A DNA stretch of 64,000 bases from Candidatus Thermofontivivens primus (GCA_031458695.1 JAVKJW010000005.1:1-64000), one strand, 5' to 3'. Numbered from the stretch's first letter, positions 30,628-41,700 are shown. Made by a program: numbers and translations. Notes: a model not told the origin generated them from the sequence alone.

Positions 30628-31914
30628 CTAGCCCAGTTCCTTCCGCCACTTCTCGATGTCTGGCTTCGTCAGCACGAGGGGTACCGTGACCGTGCCCTCC
30701 CGGATCTTCTTCTCCAGCTCGGCAACAGCAGCCCAGATCCACTGTGGTTGCGCCTCGCGCATCGCCTTGACCTTTGCACGGATCTCCGCTGGCGGGGCAG
30801 GGAGGACCTTCTTCCCCGTCAGCTTCTCGGCAGTCTGTCCCATCTTGATGAACTCGTCGAGATCGGCGAGCGTGGAGACTGAGATCCCCTCGGTGAGCTC
30901 ACCAGCGACCTTAGTGCCGATCCCCAGGACCAGCGTCCCCTTGGTCTGCTTCACGAGGTCCCGGAACTTGCCATCCTTGACGAACTTTGTCGCATAGTAG
31001 ACGCCCTTGTCCACGCGCTTCATCATGCTGGCGATGACGAAGCCCGGGTTGATCCAGTCCTGGTTGGCGTCGACGCCGATCCAGAACGGCGGGCCCATCT
31101 TCAGGCCCCTGGCCTTGGCGATTTCCTGTACCGCTTGGTTGATGCCAAGTCCCAGGGGACCGGCGATGTTGTACACCGCAACCGCATCCTTGGCGTACAT
31201 CGCCTTTGCGGCTGCATAACCCTTGGGGATGTCGCTGAAGGTGCCGGTGTACGTCCAAAGGACAAAGTCCGTGCGATACTTAAAGGCTTTATCTGGCTTG
31301 TTCTTGAACATCCACTCCGTCGCCCACCGGGCCCCCCACTTGTAGCCGATCTCAAACTTCCAGAGGACGGGGATCTCAATGCCGAATACTCCGCCAATGT
31401 AGGGTTTGTTGTAGTGGGCTGCCAGCAACGTGGCCAGGGCGCCCACGAGGGCGCTCCCCTTGTGCTCTTCGTACACGATATCCATCAGGTTGGGCAAAGG
31501 GTACTTAGCCGGGAACTTCTCCTTGATAATGGATTGGGCAAAGGTATCGATTCCCACGAAGTTCTTGTTGGGGAACCTCTGGGCGACCTGGGCGAGGGCA
31601 TCGCTGAGCAGGAAGCCCACCCCCACAATGAGCTGGACATCTGGATCCCTGGCCGCAGTCGTCAGGTTGGGGACGTAATCGGCCTCCACCTTGCTGATGA
31701 GCTCCACCATCTGGACGCCGAAATCCCTCTCCGCATCCTCACCGCCCTTGAATGCCATGTCGTTGAAGCTGAGGTCCCCCCGGCCTCCGATGTCGGAGAC
31801 AACGGCGATCTTGAAGCGTTTGGGGGCGGCCTGGACGAGTGCGTAGGGGAAGGACTGGAGCAGCAAAGCCGCGAGGATGATGAAAAGCGCCCCAAGCCAC
31901 AACCGTGACTTCAT
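30628..31914 (-). CDS. BMP family ABC transporter substrate-binding protein (nucleoside-binding)
   Basis: GGRGDLSFND, GVGFL, IGVDANQD, SMMKRVD. Start at MKSRLW after AGAGGAGGGAG; N-terminal signal peptide. Confidence 0.92.
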   Translation of the reverse strand: MKSRLWLGALFIILAALLLQSFPYALVQAAPKRFKIAVVSDIGGRGDLSFNDMAFKGGEDAERDFGVQMVELISKVEADYVPNLTTAARDPDVQLIVGVGFLLSDALAQVAQRFPNKNFVGIDTFAQSIIKEKFPAKYPLPNLMDIVYEEHKGSALVGALATLLAAHYNKPYIGGVFGIEIPVLWKFEIGYKWGARWATEWMFKNKPDKAFKYRTDFVLWTYTGTFSDIPKGYAAAKAMYAKDAVAVYNIAGPLGLGINQAVQEIAKARGLKMGPPFWIGVDANQDWINPGFVIASMMKRVDKGVYYATKFVKDGKFRDLVKQTKGTLVLGIGTKVAGELTEGISVSTLADLDEFIKMGQTAEKLTGKKVLPAPPAEIRAKVKAMREAQPQWIWAAVAELEKKIREGTVTVPLVLTKPDIEKWRKELG

Positions 31915-32178
31915 CGCCTCTCCCTCCTCTTTCGCATGTTGGCGGCCGGGGTCTTGGTTTGGAAAACCGTTCTCCCCGGAAGCCCCAGGGGACCTTGCCC
32001 GGCACACCACTTCTAAAACTACGTCACACCCTTCCCGGAAACCTGCAAAGAGATCTACGCAGCCAAAGGATTTTTACACCTCAGCGATATGCAAAAAGGC
32101 AACCGCGCACGCGGCCACGAATTCATGATTGTAAAGCGGCTCTGTACCCAGCGAGGCGGTCGCGGAGGGGGAGAGGGG

Positions 32179-33072
32179 TTGGCCCGGATTCTTGTCACCG
32201 GTGCAGCGAATGTGGATCTCATTGGCGCTCCTGCTGACCCGCTTATCCCAGGAGTGTCCAACCCTGGGACAATCGCGCTGGCCCCAGGTGGAGCAGCCCG
32301 GAATGTGGCCGAGCACCTCTCCCAGATGGGCCATGATGTGCACCTGATCACGGCTGTAGGGGATGATCCCTTCGGGAGGTGGGTCCTCGACGCGACCGCG
32401 CAGGCGGGCGTAGATGTTTCCAGCGCTTTCCAGTTTCCAGGTCAGCGCACAGGGCTTTACCTTGCGATCCTCGACGATGGGGAAGTCACTGCAGCAGTCT
32501 CAGCCACAGGGATCGTCGAGGAGCTGACCCCTGAATCCCTCCAGACGCGCGCACCGTTGTTTTCTCAGGCAGACATCGTCGTAGCAGATGCGAACCTCCT
32601 TCCTGAAGCTCTCTGGGAGGTGCATCGCCTTTCCAGGAACGCTCTCCTATGCCTCCTTCCTGTCTCCCCCCAAAAAGCCACCCGCCTCCGCGGGATCCTG
32701 GCAGAGGCTGATCTCGTCGTGGGGAGCGCCAAGGAGGGAGAGGTCCTTGCTGGCCGCCCGTGTGGATCTCGGGCGGATCTCATCCTTCTTGGGAGGGCGA
32801 TCCTCTCCCATGGCCCGAAGGTCGTCGCCCTCACGATGGGTGGAGAGGGTGCGGTGGTGATCACAGAGGATGCATACCTCTGGGCTCCTGCTCCCAACGT
32901 CAAGGTTGTGGACCCCACGGGAGCAGGGGATGCCTTCGCGGCAGGGATCATCCATGGAAGAGCCCTTAGGCTTCCCCTCCGGGAGATGCTGGAAGGTGCC
33001 ATGGACAGGGCAGCCATTGCCCTCAAAGCTCGTGGGAATCTCTGGAGGCATCTTCTAGGAGATTCATCCTGA
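32179..33072 (+). CDS. PfkB/ribokinase family kinase, probably pseudouridine kinase
   Basis: GAANVD, PGGAARNVAE, AVGDDPFG, DPTGAGDAFAAG; adjacent to psuG. TTG start chosen. Confidence 0.85.
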   Translation: MARILVTGAANVDLIGAPADPLIPGVSNPGTIALAPGGAARNVAEHLSQMGHDVHLITAVGDDPFGRWVLDATAQAGVDVSSAFQFPGQRTGLYLAILDDGEVTAAVSATGIVEELTPESLQTRAPLFSQADIVVADANLLPEALWEVHRLSRNALLCLLPVSPQKATRLRGILAEADLVVGSAKEGEVLAGRPCGSRADLILLGRAILSHGPKVVALTMGGEGAVVITEDAYLWAPAPNVKVVDPTGAGDAFAAGIIHGRALRLPLREMLEGAMDRAAIALKARGNLWRHLLGDSS

Positions 33073-33097
33073 TCCTCTTCAGAAGGGAGAGAGATCC

Positions 33098-34027
33098 ATG
33101 GGGGTCGAGATCCTCCACGCCTTCGTCGACCTCAGCCCTGAAGTGGCCGAGGCAATAAGCCAGGGTCTTCCTCTTGTTGCCCTGGAGACCACAGTGGTCA
33201 CCCACGGTCTCCCCTTCCCTTACAACCTCCAGGCGATGGAGGAGATGGAAAAGGCCGTTCGTGAGTGGGGAGCGGTCCCAGCAGCAATTGGGGTCATCCG
33301 GGGACGTCTCCGGATCGGCCTCTCTAAAGAGGACCTCAACTGGCTTGCAGAGGGGAAAGTGGAGAAAGCCACGGCGAACGACCTTGCGGCGATGGTGACG
33401 AAGGGCCAAAGCGCGGGGTTGACTGTCTCTGGGACCCTCGCCGCGAGTAGGCTCCTAGACATCCCTATCCTGGCTACGGGAGGGATTGGAGGAGTCCACA
33501 GAGGGGGATGGAGGACGTGGGATGTGAGCAGGGACCTCTACGAGCTTAGTAGGACCCAAGCGGCTGTTGTGTGTAGCGGGGTGAAGATCCTCTGTGATGT
33601 AGCGTTGACCCTAGAGCTCCTGGAATCCCTGGGGATAGGAGTGGTAGGGTTCCAGACCGATACCTTTCCTTATTTTTACCTGAGATCCAGTGGGCTTCCC
33701 ATTTCCACCACAATGGCCGATCCGAAAGAGATTGCCAACCTCCTGCTTGTTCGGCGGAGGTTACACCAGCAGGAAGGGATCCTTGTGGTGCAACCCCTTC
33801 CAGAGGACTTAAGCCTTGAACGATCCATGGTGGAAGAGGCATTACGCGTGGCTGAGAGGAACGCGAGGGCGAAGGGGATCCGTGGGAAAGCGCTCACCCC
33901 GTTTCTCCTCCAGTCCCTCCATGCGCTTACCTCTGGAGCCACGGTCCAGGCCAACCTCGCGTTGCTCTCGTCCAATGCCCGGCTTGCCGCTCAGATCGCC
34001 TCTGCCCTCGCGGATCTCAGGAGGTAG
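33098..34027 (+). CDS. psuG: Pseudouridine-5'-phosphate glycosidase (IndA/PsuG family)
   Basis: PLVALETTVVTHGLP, ATGGIGGVHRG, DVSRDL, GKALTPFLL, NARLAAQIA. Confidence 0.92.
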   Translation: MGVEILHAFVDLSPEVAEAISQGLPLVALETTVVTHGLPFPYNLQAMEEMEKAVREWGAVPAAIGVIRGRLRIGLSKEDLNWLAEGKVEKATANDLAAMVTKGQSAGLTVSGTLAASRLLDIPILATGGIGGVHRGGWRTWDVSRDLYELSRTQAAVVCSGVKILCDVALTLELLESLGIGVVGFQTDTFPYFYLRSSGLPISTTMADPKEIANLLLVRRRLHQQEGILVVQPLPEDLSLERSMVEEALRVAERNARAKGIRGKALTPFLLQSLHALTSGATVQANLALLSSNARLAAQIASALADLRR

Positions 34028-34081
34028 GTCCGAGGGGACCGTGGAAGTGTAAGTCCATAAGGAGGATTTCGGGGGCAGGAC

Positions 34082-34870
34082 TTGACCGAAGGAGAGTTGC
34101 CCGTCATGAGGGAATTGCAGCAGGGTGAGTTGGGGCTTGGGGAACTCCTGCGCCGTGCCAGGGAGAGAAAAGGGCTCTCCTACGTCGACCTGGAGGCGAT
34201 GACCAGGATCCGGAGGACCTACCTGAAGGCCTTGGAAGAGGAGAAGTTCGAACTACTTCCTCCACCTATATTTGTGAAAGGCTACCTGAAGATCCTCGCC
34301 CAGGCACTGGATATCGAGGAAGGTTCACTCCTCCACATCTACGCGCAGATATCCCAGCCTCCTCCTCAGGCTGAATTCGCCAAGGTTCCCATTGAGCCGG
34401 CTACCCCTCCCTCCCCATGGCGCCGCGTTGTGGTCCTTGCTACCCTTTTCCTCCTCGTGGTCCTCAGTGCTGTTGGGTACTACGCCCTGACAGAGCTTAG
34501 ACAGTTCCTCGCCCCTCAGCCCCAGGTGGAAACTACCTACATCCAACCGGAGCCATCCCAGGAAGCTTTTGGGGGAGACCAGGGAGCTATCCAGGAATCC
34601 CCGCCTCCAAAAGCGCCACCGGCTCAAAGCGGGGTGCGTGTCGTGCTGAAGGCGAGTGGCAGGTCCTGGGTGCGGGTCATCGCCGACAGGGAGAAGGTGT
34701 TTGAAGGGTTCCTGAAGAGCGGTGAAATGGGAAGCTGGGAGGCGTCGGAGGAGATCACCATCCGCGTTGGAAATGCTGGGGGTGTTGCGGTCTCTGTGAA
34801 CGGCTCCACCTTTACTCCCATGGGAAAGCCAGGACAAGTCGTCGAGCAAACTTTCACCTCCTCTCCATAG
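34082..34870 (+). CDS. rodZ: RodZ-like protein (HTH, TM, DUF4115)
   Basis: LGELLRRARE, YLKALEE, FVKGYLK, single TM, SWVRV...GNAGGV. Alternative ATG start at 34106. Confidence 0.88.
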   Translation: MTEGELPVMRELQQGELGLGELLRRARERKGLSYVDLEAMTRIRRTYLKALEEEKFELLPPPIFVKGYLKILAQALDIEEGSLLHIYAQISQPPPQAEFAKVPIEPATPPSPWRRVVVLATLFLLVVLSAVGYYALTELRQFLAPQPQVETTYIQPEPSQEAFGGDQGAIQESPPPKAPPAQSGVRVVLKASGRSWVRVIADREKVFEGFLKSGEMGSWEASEEITIRVGNAGGVAVSVNGSTFTPMGKPGQVVEQTFTSSP

Positions 34871-34882
34871 CCTGAATCCTTG

Positions 34883-34911
34883 TTGCAAGAATTACATTTT
34901 TCTTTTATACT
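34883..34911 (+). promoter_or_regulatory. sigma70/sigmaA-type promoter of cinA
   Basis: TTGCAA-17 nt-TATACT in an AT-rich intergenic region. Confidence 0.7.
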
Positions 34912-35004
34912 AGAATCACTTGATTGTTTTTCGGCGAGGGTTGAGTAAAGGGAGAGCGGGGTCCTCCGTCCAAGTAGTTAGGGAAACAAGGCCTGAGGTT
35001 GGAG

Positions 35005-36264
35005 ATGCGTGCTGAGATTATTTCCGTGGGGACCGAACTGCTCCTTGGCCAGATTGTGGACACCAATGCTACTTTCCTGGCCCAGGTCCTGGCCGAACTC
35101 GGGATTGACCTCTATTTTAAGACCACCGTGGGGGATAACTGGGCGCGTATCCAGCAGGTAACAAAAGAGGCGCTGTCCCGTTCCGATCTCCTCCTCTTTA
35201 CGGGGGGGCTCGGCCCTACAGAGGACGATCTCACCAAGGAGGCAGTGGCAGACCTCCTGGGGTTAGAGCTGGTACGGGAGGAGAGCGTGGAAGCCCATAT
35301 CCGCGCGTTGTTTGAACAGCGTCGTCGACCCCTGGTGGAATCCGTGCTCAAGCAAGCCCTCATCCCCAGGGGGGCCAAGATCATTCCAAACCGGTGGGGA
35401 ACCGCTCCCGGGTTGATCATCGAACACGGGGAGAAGATCCTGATCCTTCTCCCGGGGGTTCCCCGCGAGATGAAAGGGATGGTCCGGGAAGGGGTCATCC
35501 CTTATCTCCACTCCAGAGGGTTCACAGGGAAGGAAGTCATCCGTTCCCGCATCCTCCGGATCGCAGGGGCGGGAGAGGCATTGGTCGAAGCAAAGCTGGC
35601 CGGCCTTCTCTCGCGGGCAAACCCGACCATTGCCTTCTTGGCCCATCGGGGAGAGGTCCACGTCCGCATCACCGCGAAGGGGAACCCTGAGGAGGTAGCA
35701 GCAATGCTGGAGGCTGCGGAACAGGAAGTTCGCGGGCGTCTGGGCGAGCTTGTCTTTGGAATCGATGAGGAAAGCCTGGAGGAAGTCGTGGGCCGCCTCC
35801 TGCGTGGCCGTCGCCTAACCCTTGGGGTTGTCGAGTCGTGTACAGGTGGCCTCCTCTCCCACCGGTTGACCAACGTCCCCGGGAGCTCGGAATACCTTGT
35901 GGGAGCTGCGGTGCCCTACACGAAGCGGGCGAAGATGCAGCTTGGCCGGTTGAAGGAAGCACTTCTTAGAGAGGCGGGCGAGGTGAGCCCGGAGGTGAGC
36001 GTGGCCATGGCCAGGGAAGCGAGGGCGCTCTTGGGGAGCGATCTTGGGCTGTCAGTAACTGGGGTGGCTGGGCCCCAACGCGTAGGGGAACTTCCTGTAG
36101 GAACTGTGTATATCGCCCTTGCCGCACCGGAAGGGGAAGAGGTAGAGGAGCACCGGTTTGGGGAAGAACCTGGGCGCGAGGGGATCAAGTGGCTCGCATC
36201 CCAGGCTGCGTTGAACTTGCTACGGCTTTACCTTCTTCGGGGTCTCAACGGGAGGAGATCGTGA
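35005..36264 (+). CDS. cinA: Competence/damage-inducible protein CinA (MocF-like plus NMN deamidase domains)
   Basis: VGTELLLGQIVDTNA, TGGLGPTEDDLT, LPGVPREM, ESCTGG, SVTGVAGP. Confidence 0.96.
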   Translation: MRAEIISVGTELLLGQIVDTNATFLAQVLAELGIDLYFKTTVGDNWARIQQVTKEALSRSDLLLFTGGLGPTEDDLTKEAVADLLGLELVREESVEAHIRALFEQRRRPLVESVLKQALIPRGAKIIPNRWGTAPGLIIEHGEKILILLPGVPREMKGMVREGVIPYLHSRGFTGKEVIRSRILRIAGAGEALVEAKLAGLLSRANPTIAFLAHRGEVHVRITAKGNPEEVAAMLEAAEQEVRGRLGELVFGIDEESLEEVVGRLLRGRRLTLGVVESCTGGLLSHRLTNVPGSSEYLVGAAVPYTKRAKMQLGRLKEALLREAGEVSPEVSVAMAREARALLGSDLGLSVTGVAGPQRVGELPVGTVYIALAAPEGEEVEEHRFGEEPGREGIKWLASQAALNLLRLYLLRGLNGRRS

Positions 36265-36854
36265 ACCGCGAGCAGCCACGTCTTCATCGCGTGTTCATCG
36301 CCGTGGAGCTTGATCATCAGCTCAGGGAGAAGGTTGTTCATATCCAGCAGGCCCTCAAGGAGTCAGGCGCGCACATGCGGTGGGTCCAGCCCCAGAACCT
36401 CCATTTTACCCTCCGGTTCTTGGGGGAACTCCCTTTGGCTGAGGTGGCCAAGGCAAAGATCGCCGTGCGCGAGGCAGGCCGCAGGGCCTCTCCATTCGCG
36501 ATCCATCTCAAGGGGGTAGGGGCTTTCCCTAGCCTGGAGCGCCCCCAGGTGGTCTGGATCGGTGTTGGGGAGGGGGAGGCTGAACTCGCTAGGCTTGCTG
36601 AAGCCGTCAGCCTTTCCCTGGCGCGATACCACTTTCCCAAAGAGGACCGGCCGTTTACTGCCCACCTCACCCTTGGCAGGCTGAAGACGAGCAGGAACTG
36701 GGGGGATCTCGTCCGCCTCCTGCGCTCCCTGAAGGATGTGGATGTGGGCGATCAGCGCGTGGAGGCTATGGTGGTGATGGAGAGCCGCCTCACTCCGAGC
36801 GGGCCCATCTATACCCCTCTGGAGACAGTTCTCCTGGGGGAAAATGGGGCTTGA
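36261..36854 (+). CDS. thpR: RNA 2',3'-cyclic phosphodiesterase (2H family)
   Basis: Two HxT motifs (LHFTL, AHLTL), RVFIAV, GPIY. GTG start after GGAGGAG. Confidence 0.93.
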   Translation: MNREQPRLHRVFIAVELDHQLREKVVHIQQALKESGAHMRWVQPQNLHFTLRFLGELPLAEVAKAKIAVREAGRRASPFAIHLKGVGAFPSLERPQVVWIGVGEGEAELARLAEAVSLSLARYHFPKEDRPFTAHLTLGRLKTSRNWGDLVRLLRSLKDVDVGDQRVEAMVVMESRLTPSGPIYTPLETVLLGENGA

Positions 36855-36879
36855 CAATCAAACATATGTTTGGTATAGT
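36851..36879 (+). promoter_or_regulatory. recA promoter
   Basis: TTGACA-17 nt-TATAGT with extended -10 TG. Confidence 0.88.
36859..36872. promoter_or_regulatory. Putative LexA operator (Gram-positive-type SOS box variant)
   Basis: Perfect palindrome CAAAC-ATAT-GTTTG in the recA promoter spacer; compare CGAAC-N4-GTTCG. Confidence 0.7.
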
Positions 36880-36905
36880 GAGTTCAAGCAAAGAGGGAGG
36901 TAGTC

Positions 36906-37976
36906 ATGATGAATGAGCGTCAGCGTGCTCTCGAATTAGCCCTCACCCAGATTGAGAAGCAATTTGGAAAAGGATCGATCATGAAACTTGGCGAGGCAAG
37001 CGCCAAGCTCGCAGTGGAAGTGATCTCCACGGGTGCCCTTTCCCTCGATGCTGCCCTTGGCATCGGGGGAGTCCCGCGGGGCAGGGTGGTGGAGATCTAC
37101 GGCCCTGAAGCGTCGGGGAAGACCACCTTGGGGTACCACATCATTGCTGAGGCCCAACGGGAAGGGGGAATTGCTGCTTTCATTGACGCGGAGCACGCGC
37201 TTGACCCCAACTATGCCCGGGCGATTGGCGTGGATGTCGACAACCTCTATATCTCCCAGCCCGACTCCGGGGAACAGGCCCTGGAGATCGCGGAGATGCT
37301 TGTGCGAAGCGGGGCTGTGGACGTGATTGTCATCGACTCAGTGGCCGCCCTCGTCCCCCGGGCTGAGCTCGATGGGGAGATGGGGGATGCTCACGTGGGG
37401 CTTCAGGCAAGACTCATGTCCCAGGCGCTCCGCAAACTCGTCGGCGCCATCAGCAAGTCCCGCACCACTGTCGTGTTCATCAACCAGGTGCGCGAGAAGA
37501 TCGGGGTAATGTTTGGGAACCCCGAGACCACGACGGGAGGGCGCGCACTAAAATTCTACTCCTCTGTCCGCATGGAGATCCGAAGAACCGAGAGCCTGAA
37601 GTCTGGGGAGGATACAGTGGGCATGCGCGCCCGGGTGAAGGTCGTCAAGAACAAGCTGGCCCCGCCCTTCAAGGAAGGGGAGGTGGAGATTCTCTACGGG
37701 AAGGGCATTTCCAAGGCAGGGAATATCCTCGACATGGCTGTCTCCACTGGGATCATCACCCGTAGCGGCACGTGGTACACCTATGGGGACATCCGGTTGG
37801 GCCAAGGGAGGGAGAATGCCCGGGATTTCCTGGAGAGCAACCCTGAGCTTGCCCACGAGATCGAGGACAAAGTGCGGGAGAAACTGGGGCTTCCTAGGTT
37901 GAAGACGGTAGGGGAGGTTAAAGCATCCGACCCGGAGCAGGTACGCAAAGAGCCTCAGGCAAAAGTGAAGGCGTAA
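36906..37976 (+). CDS. recA: Recombinase RecA
   Basis: [55 protein letters not shown]. Confidence 0.99.
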   Translation: MMNERQRALELALTQIEKQFGKGSIMKLGEASAKLAVEVISTGALSLDAALGIGGVPRGRVVEIYGPEASGKTTLGYHIIAEAQREGGIAAFIDAEHALDPNYARAIGVDVDNLYISQPDSGEQALEIAEMLVRSGAVDVIVIDSVAALVPRAELDGEMGDAHVGLQARLMSQALRKLVGAISKSRTTVVFINQVREKIGVMFGNPETTTGGRALKFYSSVRMEIRRTESLKSGEDTVGMRARVKVVKNKLAPPFKEGEVEILYGKGISKAGNILDMAVSTGIITRSGTWYTYGDIRLGQGRENARDFLESNPELAHEIEDKVREKLGLPRLKTVGEVKASDPEQVRKEPQAKVKA

Positions 37977-38059
37977 GCGGGCGAGCTCCCTCCTGAAGAT
38001 AGGAGTACCACTCCACAGGATCTACTTCGGGTGTTGGTGGGGTACTTGGGAGAGCGACG

Positions 38060-38701
38060 ATGGTCACCGTTCGACGAATTCGTTCTCTTCCAGGCGCTGT
38101 GGAGAGGGCTATCGTGGAGGTGGAGGGAAAGGGGAGATTTTTGGTCTCAAGAGGGCTTGCGGCGGAGTTAGAAGTAGGGATGGCCCTCGATGATCGGCTC
38201 CTTAGGAGGCTCGCGAGCGAGGACCTTTTGCACCGTGCGCTGCAAGTTGCTCTCCGGCTTTTACGCATCCGCCTGTACAGCAGGGCAGAAATGACCCTCC
38301 ACCTTAAAAGGCGCGGATTCCCTCCCCAGATCGTGACGAATGTGATCCGCATGTTAGAGCAGCAGGGAGTTCTCAACGACCTCCAGTTTGCCAAGACTTG
38401 GATCACTGGGGTCATGGCGAGACGACCAGCGTGGCAGAAGAGGCTAGAAGCGGAGCTACGGGCAAAGGGGGTGGTGAAGGAGGTGATCGCACAAGCGCTC
38501 GATGAGGCCCTCTCCGGGACTACAGAAGTTGAGGTTGCGCGGGAAGTTGCCCTCCGTCGCCTCCGGGCGTATCATCGCTTTCCCCCGGAGGTGCAACAAA
38601 GGCGTTTGATCTCCTTCCTCCAGCGCAGGGGGTTCACTCCCGAGACAGCTACATCTGTGGTGAGGGAGCTTGTGCGGGAGGAAGGATCTCGTGAATCCTG
38701 A
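38060..38701 (+). CDS. recX: Regulatory protein RecX
   Basis: Follows recA; LNDLQFAK, ELRAKGV, FLQRRGF. Confidence 0.9.
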   Translation: MVTVRRIRSLPGAVERAIVEVEGKGRFLVSRGLAAELEVGMALDDRLLRRLASEDLLHRALQVALRLLRIRLYSRAEMTLHLKRRGFPPQIVTNVIRMLEQQGVLNDLQFAKTWITGVMARRPAWQKRLEAELRAKGVVKEVIAQALDEALSGTTEVEVAREVALRRLRAYHRFPPEVQQRRLISFLQRRGFTPETATSVVRELVREEGSRES

Positions 38702-38710
38702 GGGCACGTC

Positions 38711-41700
38711 ATGGGGAAACGAAGACACCGCAACCTGGCTTCGAGGACGAGGAAAGGCGAAGAAAGTGAGGACCAACTCCCCTTGGGCCTCGAACCTCCC
38801 TCTGTAGAACTCCTCCATGCGGGGCTGCCGCATGAATCGAGAGTGGCGGAGGAGCCTGCTGAATTCCTGAAGGAGTTGGGGGAGCTCTCGGTCAGCAGGA
38901 TCCTTGCTGACCTCAACGAAGAGCAAAGGCGCGCAGTCACCCACGGGGAAGGGCCTCTCCTGATTGTTGCAGGCGCAGGCACCGGAAAGACCACGGTGAT
39001 CACCCGCCGCATTGCCTATCTTATCGCGACGAAGCGGGCGAGACCACGGGAGATCCTGGCGCTCACCTTCACCGACAAGGCCGCCGCGGAGATGGAGGAG
39101 AGGGTAGACCTCCTCGTTCCCTATGGGTATGCGGACGTGTGGATTAGTACATTCCACGCGTTCGGAGACCGGATCCTTCGGGAGAATGCCCTGGAGATCG
39201 GCCTTAACCCAGACTTCCGCATCCTCTCCAAGGCGGAGCAGATCATCTTTTTCCGCGAGCACCTTTTCGACTTTCCATTGGACTACTACCGCCCGCTCGG
39301 TGACCCTACCAAATATGTAGAGGCAATGATCACCCTATTCAGCCGGGCAAAAGATGAGGATGTGAGCCCGGAGGAGTACCTGACGTATGCAGAAAAACTC
39401 CTTGCAGAGGCGGATCCAACTGACCCTGAAGCAGTGCAAGAGGCTCGCAGGCAACTCGAGATTGCCCGTACGTACCAGCGCTACCAGGAACTCCTGGCGA
39501 AGGAAGGCCTCGTGGACTTTGGAGATCTCATCACCCTCACGCTCAAGCTCTTCCGGGAGCGACCGCATGTCCTGCGGCGCTATCAAGAGCAGTTCAAGTA
39601 TATTCTCGTCGATGAGTTCCAGGACACGAACTACGCCCAGTTCCAGCTCACCAAGCTCCTGGCCAGCCGACATGAGAACATCACCGTGGTGGGCGATGAC
39701 GACCAGAGCATCTACAAGTTTAGGGGGGCTGCGATTAGCAACATCTTGAACTTTATGGATACCTATCCGCACGCCACCCAGATAGTCCTTACCAGGAACT
39801 ATCGTTCTTCTCAGCTCATCCTCGATGCCGCCTATCGCTTGATCCGGTACAACGACCCCGATCGTCTGGAGGTCAAAAACCAGCTGGACAAGCGCCTGTT
39901 CGCCGTCCATATGGAGGGACAGCCTGTTCGACACCTCCACTTTGATTCACTCTCCAGTGAAGCGGACGCGGTTGCAAGCATCATTGCGGAGAAGGTGGAG
40001 AAAGGTGCATACCGGTATAAGGATTTTGCCATCCTTGTTCGCTCCAACAACGACGCCGACCCTTTCCTGCGTTCCTTAAATATGAGGGGGATTCCCTTTC
40101 ACTTCAGCGGGGGGCAGGGGCTCTACCAGCGGGAGGAGATCCGCCTGGTCATGGCTTTTCTCCGATCTCTCACTAACCCGTATGACAACCTAAGCCTCTA
40201 CCATCTGGGAAGTTCCCCCCTCTACCAGATTGACCCCGGGGACCTCGCCCGTTGCCTTGCCGTGGCGAATCGCAAAAACCGCTCCCTGGAGCACATCTTC
40301 GACCAGCTCCACGCGTACGAGGAGTTGGAGGAGGTCTCCCCAGAGAGCCGTGCTGCCATCGCCAAGCTCGTGGAGGACCTCAAAGAGATGCGTTCCTTTG
40401 CTCAGCACCACGTGACCGGCCGGGTTCTCTACGAGTACCTCGTGAACCGGACAGGATATATCCGGCGCCTCGTTGCTTCAGGCAATGTGGAGGACGAGAT
40501 CAAAGTCGCCAACCTGGCGAAGTTTTTCGACATTGTGGCCAAAGTAGCCCAGCTCCTGCGCTACGACAACGTGCACGCGTTCGTAGAGTACATGGATAAG
40601 CTCATCGAAGCAGGGGATGATCCCACAGCTGCGGAGCTCTCCGGTCCCGACCTCGATGCAGTCCACGTCATGACCGTGCACAAGGCCAAAGGCCTGGAGT
40701 TTCCCGTGGTCTTCCTGGTGAGCTGTGTCTCCGATCGCTTCCCGACCCGGAACCGCAACGAGGGGTTGAGCCTGCCTGATCCTCTGATCAAGGACATCCT
40801 CCCCAGCGGCGATTTCCACCTCCAGGAGGAGCGGCGCCTGTTTTACGTGGGGATGACACGGGCCCAGAAAGAACTCTACTTGACAAGCGCGCGGGACTAT
40901 GGGGGGGTTCGGCCACGGAAGGTAAGCCAGTTCGTCCTTGAAGCGATGGATATGCCCAAGGTGGATCCTGAGGTAGCAAAGGCCTCGGCGGTGGAAGCCA
41001 TCGAACGGCATGCGCCGCCTGTGGTGGAGTCCTTGATGGGCCAGCCACTTCCTGAGGACAGTCCCCTCATCCTCAGCTTCCGGCAGATCGACGACTACGA
41101 TACGTGCCCGCTCAAGTACAAATATATCCATATCCTTCGCGTCCCAGTGATGCGGGATCACCGGGTGGTTTACGGCGCAGCCCTCCACGAGGCCGTGCGA
41201 GAGTATAACCGGAGGAAAGCTCGGAACCAGCCGATGAGCCTGGAAGAGCTCATTTCGTACTTCGAGCGGGTCTGGACAAACGAAGGGTTCGTCAGCCGGG
41301 AACACGAGGATTACCGGTTTGAGGAAGGCCGCCAGGTCCTGCGACAGTTCTTCCTATTCGAAGAAGGTAGTGGGGTTACTCCCACCCTCGTGGAGATGCC
41401 CTTCAGCTTCCAGCTTGGGAAGACGCGTGTAAAGGGGAGGTGGGATCGGGTAGACGTCCACGGGGACGAGGTCGTCATTGTGGACTTCAAGACGAGCGAT
41501 GTCCGCGACACGAAGGAGGCCAATAGGAGGACCAGGGAGAGCCTCCAGTTGGCCATTTACGCACTCGCCTACAAGGAGGTCTATGGACGCCTCCCCTCTT
41601 GGGTAGAGCTCCGTTTTTTGGGGAGTCAGCAGGTACTGGTGGGGCGTGCAGAGCCGCATGAGGAGTATATCCGCGAAGCGATAGAGGTGATCGAGAAGGT

